DNA of 64,000 nucleotides from a candidate division FCPU426 bacterium. Lineage in GTDB: Bacteria; Oederibacteriota; Muellerivitia; Muellerivitales; Muellerivitaceae. Location of the stretch: contig CAVYSE010000003.1 in the NCBI GenBank assembly GCA_963771075.1, positions 352,001 to 416,000 on the forward strand. The letters run 5' to 3'. Position numbers and translations under genes: made by a program. This document shows, piece by piece, positions 61,245-64,000 of this stretch (the first letter of the stretch is position 1; every line of letters starts with the position of its first letter). The notes beneath the pieces were generated by a model. That model made no database searches. It was given only the letters and a program-made list of their open reading frames with translations, and had not been told where the DNA came from.

Positions 61245-61348
61245 AAAATTCTTTCGATATCCTTAAATTCGTGCGTATACCCAAAATCACCAAGATGGTA
61301 AACACTATCACCCTTCTTGACCATTTTATTCCAATTTTCTATTAAAAG
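61245..61348 (-). pseudogene. Internal fragment of a calcineurin-like phosphoesterase (spacer 4)
   Basis: LLIENWNKMVKKGDSVYHLGDF motif. Confidence 0.75.
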
Positions 61349-61520
61349 GTTGCACACCATCCTTTTTGGGAGGGCCATGTGCAGGGCAGGCATTCCAGCG
61401 TCGCCGTCTGGCACTCCTGCAATGTGCCCAAGCTCGTCGAGGTGCTCGACTCTTTCAGGTACACCGGCGCGTTGGTGGTGTTGCACACCATCCTTTTTGC
61501 GACAGGCATGTGCAGGATCA

Positions 61521-61928
61521 TCATTTCGAGGCTATCAATCGACTCGAAAAGCAACCAACGATATATATAACAGCGGCTATTAGTAGGGAGGTAGTAAGAA
61601 AAATTTTAAAAAAAGTAAAACTTTCAGGATCATTGAACCCCTGCGAAGAAATAAGCAAACAATATAAAAAGTAACTCAAACATTGAACAATCACAGCGAA
61701 GCAAACAACGGTCATTAACCCCACAAAAAAATGAATGTTTTTTCCAAAAATTAATTTTTGAAGGAGTGGATACGACAACCCTTCAAAAAAACATAAACCA
61801 TACATGAAATTTTCAGTGAGAAAGATTGTCGAGAAGAAATTTCTACCAAAGCAATATGCCAAGCTAACAAGTATGCAAAAAGAACCAAGAAAAAAAACGT
61901 TAAATAAAATCAATTTGCTCGTTCTCAT
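61521..61928 (-). CDS. AT-rich multi-TM membrane protein, immunity-like (spacer 6)
   Basis: 135 aa hydrophobic ORF; ATGA overlap with the upstream fragment. Confidence 0.6.
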   Translation of the reverse strand: MRTSKLILFNVFFLGSFCILVSLAYCFGRNFFSTIFLTENFMYGLCFFEGLSYPLLQKLIFGKNIHFFVGLMTVVCFAVIVQCLSYFLYCLLISSQGFNDPESFTFFKIFLTTSLLIAAVIYIVGCFSSRLIASK

Positions 61929-62198
61929 TGATCAACATGAGGCGTAATTGCCGTCCCTTTGTTATCATTCGTGAAATTCTTATACTGTTCGTTCGGATTG
62001 GTATAAGGACCTTTAACCCCATATAGCGATCCAAGCGGTGGTTGCGCTGACTGAGGGAAAGTAGCTGACACCTGTCCCGCATTAGCAATTTTGCCAGCTA
62101 GATCAGCACAATTTTCCGAAGTACATCCACCATTTTTATCGGTTTGCGCGCTCACACTGTAAGGCTTATTAAAATTTTTATTACCGAACGACTTCATT
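61925..62198 (-). pseudogene. C-terminal gene fragment resembling an Rhs toxin tip (spacer 6)
   Basis: PYS...NCADLA..IA.AG...PN..Y pattern; begins at the repeat edge. Confidence 0.45.
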
Positions 62199-62235
62199 GT
62201 TGCACACCATCCTTTTTGGGAGGGCCATGTGCAGG

Positions 62236-62451
62236 CCATTGGTTCAACTGGGTGATTTATTCTTACTGCCTCCAATTACTACCACGGATTGGACATATTC
62301 CTTTCTAACGAATTCAGGGGGTGATTGTTTCCTAGATGCTTGTTCAGGAAACTCTAGTTTTCCTGTAGTCGTGAGGGTTTGGAAAAATGGGACCGTCGTA
62401 GAATCAGCATCGAATACCATTTGTGCCGATATTAACGGGACCCTGCCTTAA
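62236..62451 (+). pseudogene. C-terminal fragment of a beta-rich secreted protein
   Basis: WTYSF...G...L.A.....V.V.VWKNG.VVES; begins at the last repeat. Confidence 0.45.
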
Positions 62452-62457
62452 ACCCAC

Positions 62458-62661
62458 CTAAAGCCTTTCACCAACCAATTTTTTCATTTTAAGGGAGTAT
62501 TCCAGGCGGAGGGTTTCCAGCTGGGCCTCGTTTAGCCTGGTCGTGTCGTCGAGGAGGTTTGCTTGGTTCTTATAATTGGCAAGGTCTTCCCCGACGGCTT
62601 TAAGGATAAGGGCGGTCTTGGCGTTATGGATGGCGGAACGCCAAAAGGGGAAGTCTTTCAT
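62458..62661 (-). CDS. Hypothetical 67-aa protein
   Basis: Start abuts the stop of the upstream gene. Confidence 0.4.
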   Translation of the reverse strand: MKDFPFWRSAIHNAKTALILKAVGEDLANYKNQANLLDDTTRLNEAQLETLRLEYSLKMKKLVGERL

Positions 62662-64000
62662 TTATTCGATTTTAAGTTCCGAAAATAACTCGCATATTTT
62701 CTCAACCGCCATTATTACCTGATCAAACCGCCGGTCGGCGTCTTCAATCAATGACCCCTCAGGCGTATTCCAAGAACCGTGCGCCTTTCCTTGGCCTCTT
62801 CGATCTTGGAGATCACTTAAGACTCCGTGAGTTTCGGGCAAACTCTGTTCGTTACCGGTTGTTTTGATGATGAACTTCAATAAGCCAAGCGACCTAAGTT
62901 TCTCATCTTTGTTGCCAAGGTGACCGGCAATTTCTTTAAGCGCCGGTGTTTGCAAACCCTCATTTACGGTATTCGCAAGTGCAATTATAAAATCATGCCA
63001 TTGATTTTGGTTTTCAGTTAATAGATAAAATAGACCCTTTGAGGCCGTCTCCCAACTACCTCCCTTGGGGGACCAAATTGGCCACATATCATCTCGTAGT
63101 TTAATACTACCTAACTTCTCCAAACTATTTTTCAACTTGCTTAACTTAGGTTCTTCATTTGGGAATCGAGCTTCGAAATCTGTTTGGATTGCTCTTTTAG
63201 AAATTCCACCATTGGGTTTTTCATTATATTGTTTCCAATGTAACTGTTCCTTGAAGGGCAATCGACTCAGATAAATTGCATATGTATGTACCTGTTTGTA
63301 CTCGTTAATATCAAATGATTGAAGTTCCCAACCGCCACGGCAGGATATTCTTCGCTCATATAACTCATATTTGTCTGGGTTGCCTTTATATTTGTCTAAT
63401 ACCTCGGCATTAAAAAAGATGGGACTGGTTTCGAATGGCAACGGGCTCTCGGTGAAATAATTCGCAAAGTTGGCCGGGTCGATCGAATAATCTTCGAGGA
63501 TTCTTTTGTTTTTCCAATCATAAACAATAAAAGAAACATACTTTTTAGTTCCCTCTTCTTCGTCAAGAAAAGACCAAGAAAGTAATTCCTTTTTGGGAGT
63601 TATTGGATTTGTGATTTGAACTCCTCTGAACTCGGAGTATTCAATTTTACCGTTTCCGCTGGTACGAATTTCGAAACGTCCTTGAAATTCCGGGGGCTCA
63701 ACCACTTTTGTTTTGCTCTCCAAAATCGGCGGAGATTCACCTAGCCATTTGTTAAAATCAAAATATCGGACTAAAACCCACTTACCCAGATGAAGAAGTT
63801 TGTCGAGTGTTCGCCTTCTTATCAAGACAAGTTCAACCACATCAGTATTGATCAGCTTTATTTTTTCAACCTCTTCGCCCATACGATTCACAGAGCAATA
63901 AGAGGTTTTGCTTGGGGACCAATGGAGACCAAGAGGGTGAGTCACAAGCTGATTGAACTCAATATAGTTCTCTTTTCCCTTGGGGTGGCCGTGGTAAAAA
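62662..64000 (-). CDS. Large AT-rich hypothetical protein, 5' end beyond window, C-terminal RX4-6H (HEPN-like) motif
   Basis: Frame is open to the window edge (FYHGHPKGKENYIEFNQLVTHP...); SP.FF..EVL.KY, YL..LP..EQ.HW..YN, LQDRRGQGKAH. Confidence 0.75.
   Translation of the reverse strand, partial: FYHGHPKGKENYIEFNQLVTHPLGLHWSPSKTSYCSVNRMGEEVEKIKLINTDVVELVLIRRRTLDKLLHLGKWVLVRYFDFNKWLGESPPILESKTKVVEPPEFQGRFEIRTSGNGKIEYSEFRGVQITNPITPKKELLSWSFLDEEEGTKKYVSFIVYDWKNKRILEDYSIDPANFANYFTESPLPFETSPIFFNAEVLDKYKGNPDKYELYERRISCRGGWELQSFDINEYKQVHTYAIYLSRLPFKEQLHWKQYNEKPNGGISKRAIQTDFEARFPNEEPKLSKLKNSLEKLGSIKLRDDMWPIWSPKGGSWETASKGLFYLLTENQNQWHDFIIALANTVNEGLQTPALKEIAGHLGNKDEKLRSLGLLKFIIKTTGNEQSLPETHGVLSDLQDRRGQGKAHGSWNTPEGSLIEDADRRFDQVIMAVEKICELFSELKIE

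Larger units (their letters stand above)
58875..62235. repeat. CRISPR-like array of seven 37-bp direct repeats with 94-899 bp spacers
   Basis: GTTGCACACCATCCTTTTTGGGAGGGCCATGTGCAGG at 58875, 59811, 60612, 61208, 61349 and 62199 (identical) and 61480 (4 mismatches). Confidence 0.95.

Noticed and set aside
58875..62235. Canonical CRISPR-Cas locus
   Set aside because: Spacers are 94-899 bp and highly variable, and no leader or cas gene is in the window, so it is reported as CRISPR-like only
58875..62235. Integron cassette array (attC sites)
   Set aside because: Sites are identical 37-mers without the RYYYAAC...GTTRRRY order, and the cargo is mid-gene fragments in both orientations
58875..62235. 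Independent insertions of a 37-bp MITE into continuous DNA
   Set aside because: Sequences on either side of each repeat do not rejoin into one gene, differ in GC, and show no target duplications
58875..62235. Sequencing adapter or mate-pair linker chimera
   Set aside because: Does not match adapters I recognise, all copies are co-oriented, and one is a natural-looking variant; read mapping is still needed to exclude it fully

Overview
Bacterial chromosomal window of moderate-to-high GC. PorV-like and Thr-Pro-linker/CTD proteins suggest a non-Bacteroidota lineage with a T9SS-like secretome; this is inference only. 1-31 kb holds housekeeping and envelope genes (GT2, paiB, IMPase/hisN, pfkA, two FKBPs, lsrF-like aldolase, ABC-2 exporter, PorV/NHL, ECF sigma, msrA, hppA, RNase II-like, two Deg proteases, pilin, TMTC-like GT). 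31.1-46.8 kb is an integrative element at a tRNA-Asp 3' fragment (tyrosine integrase, xis, two SpoVG-like genes, TPR-GGDEF, VirB8/B4/B3/B6/B2-like genes, surface proteins). It is cut off by an IS66 (46766-49320) that has no target duplication and also clips ald. The main discovery is at 58875-62235: seven same-orientation copies of a 37-bp hairpin repeat, GTTGCACACCATCCTTTTTGGGAGGGCCATGTGCAGG. It looks like a CRISPR repeat, but the spacers are gene-sized (899, 764, 559, 104, 94 and 682 bp). They are unrelated pieces of foreign-looking DNA, several cut mid-gene: a phage-like mini-operon, an IS1380 transposase fragment, a phage-type phosphoesterase fragment and toxin-tip/immunity-like pairs. The first repeat also cuts a resident gene. 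No cas gene or array-linked integrase is visible, so any enzyme may lie right of the window. A second unexplained structure is a helically phased array of about 27 GGTAY motifs at 50531-50814.
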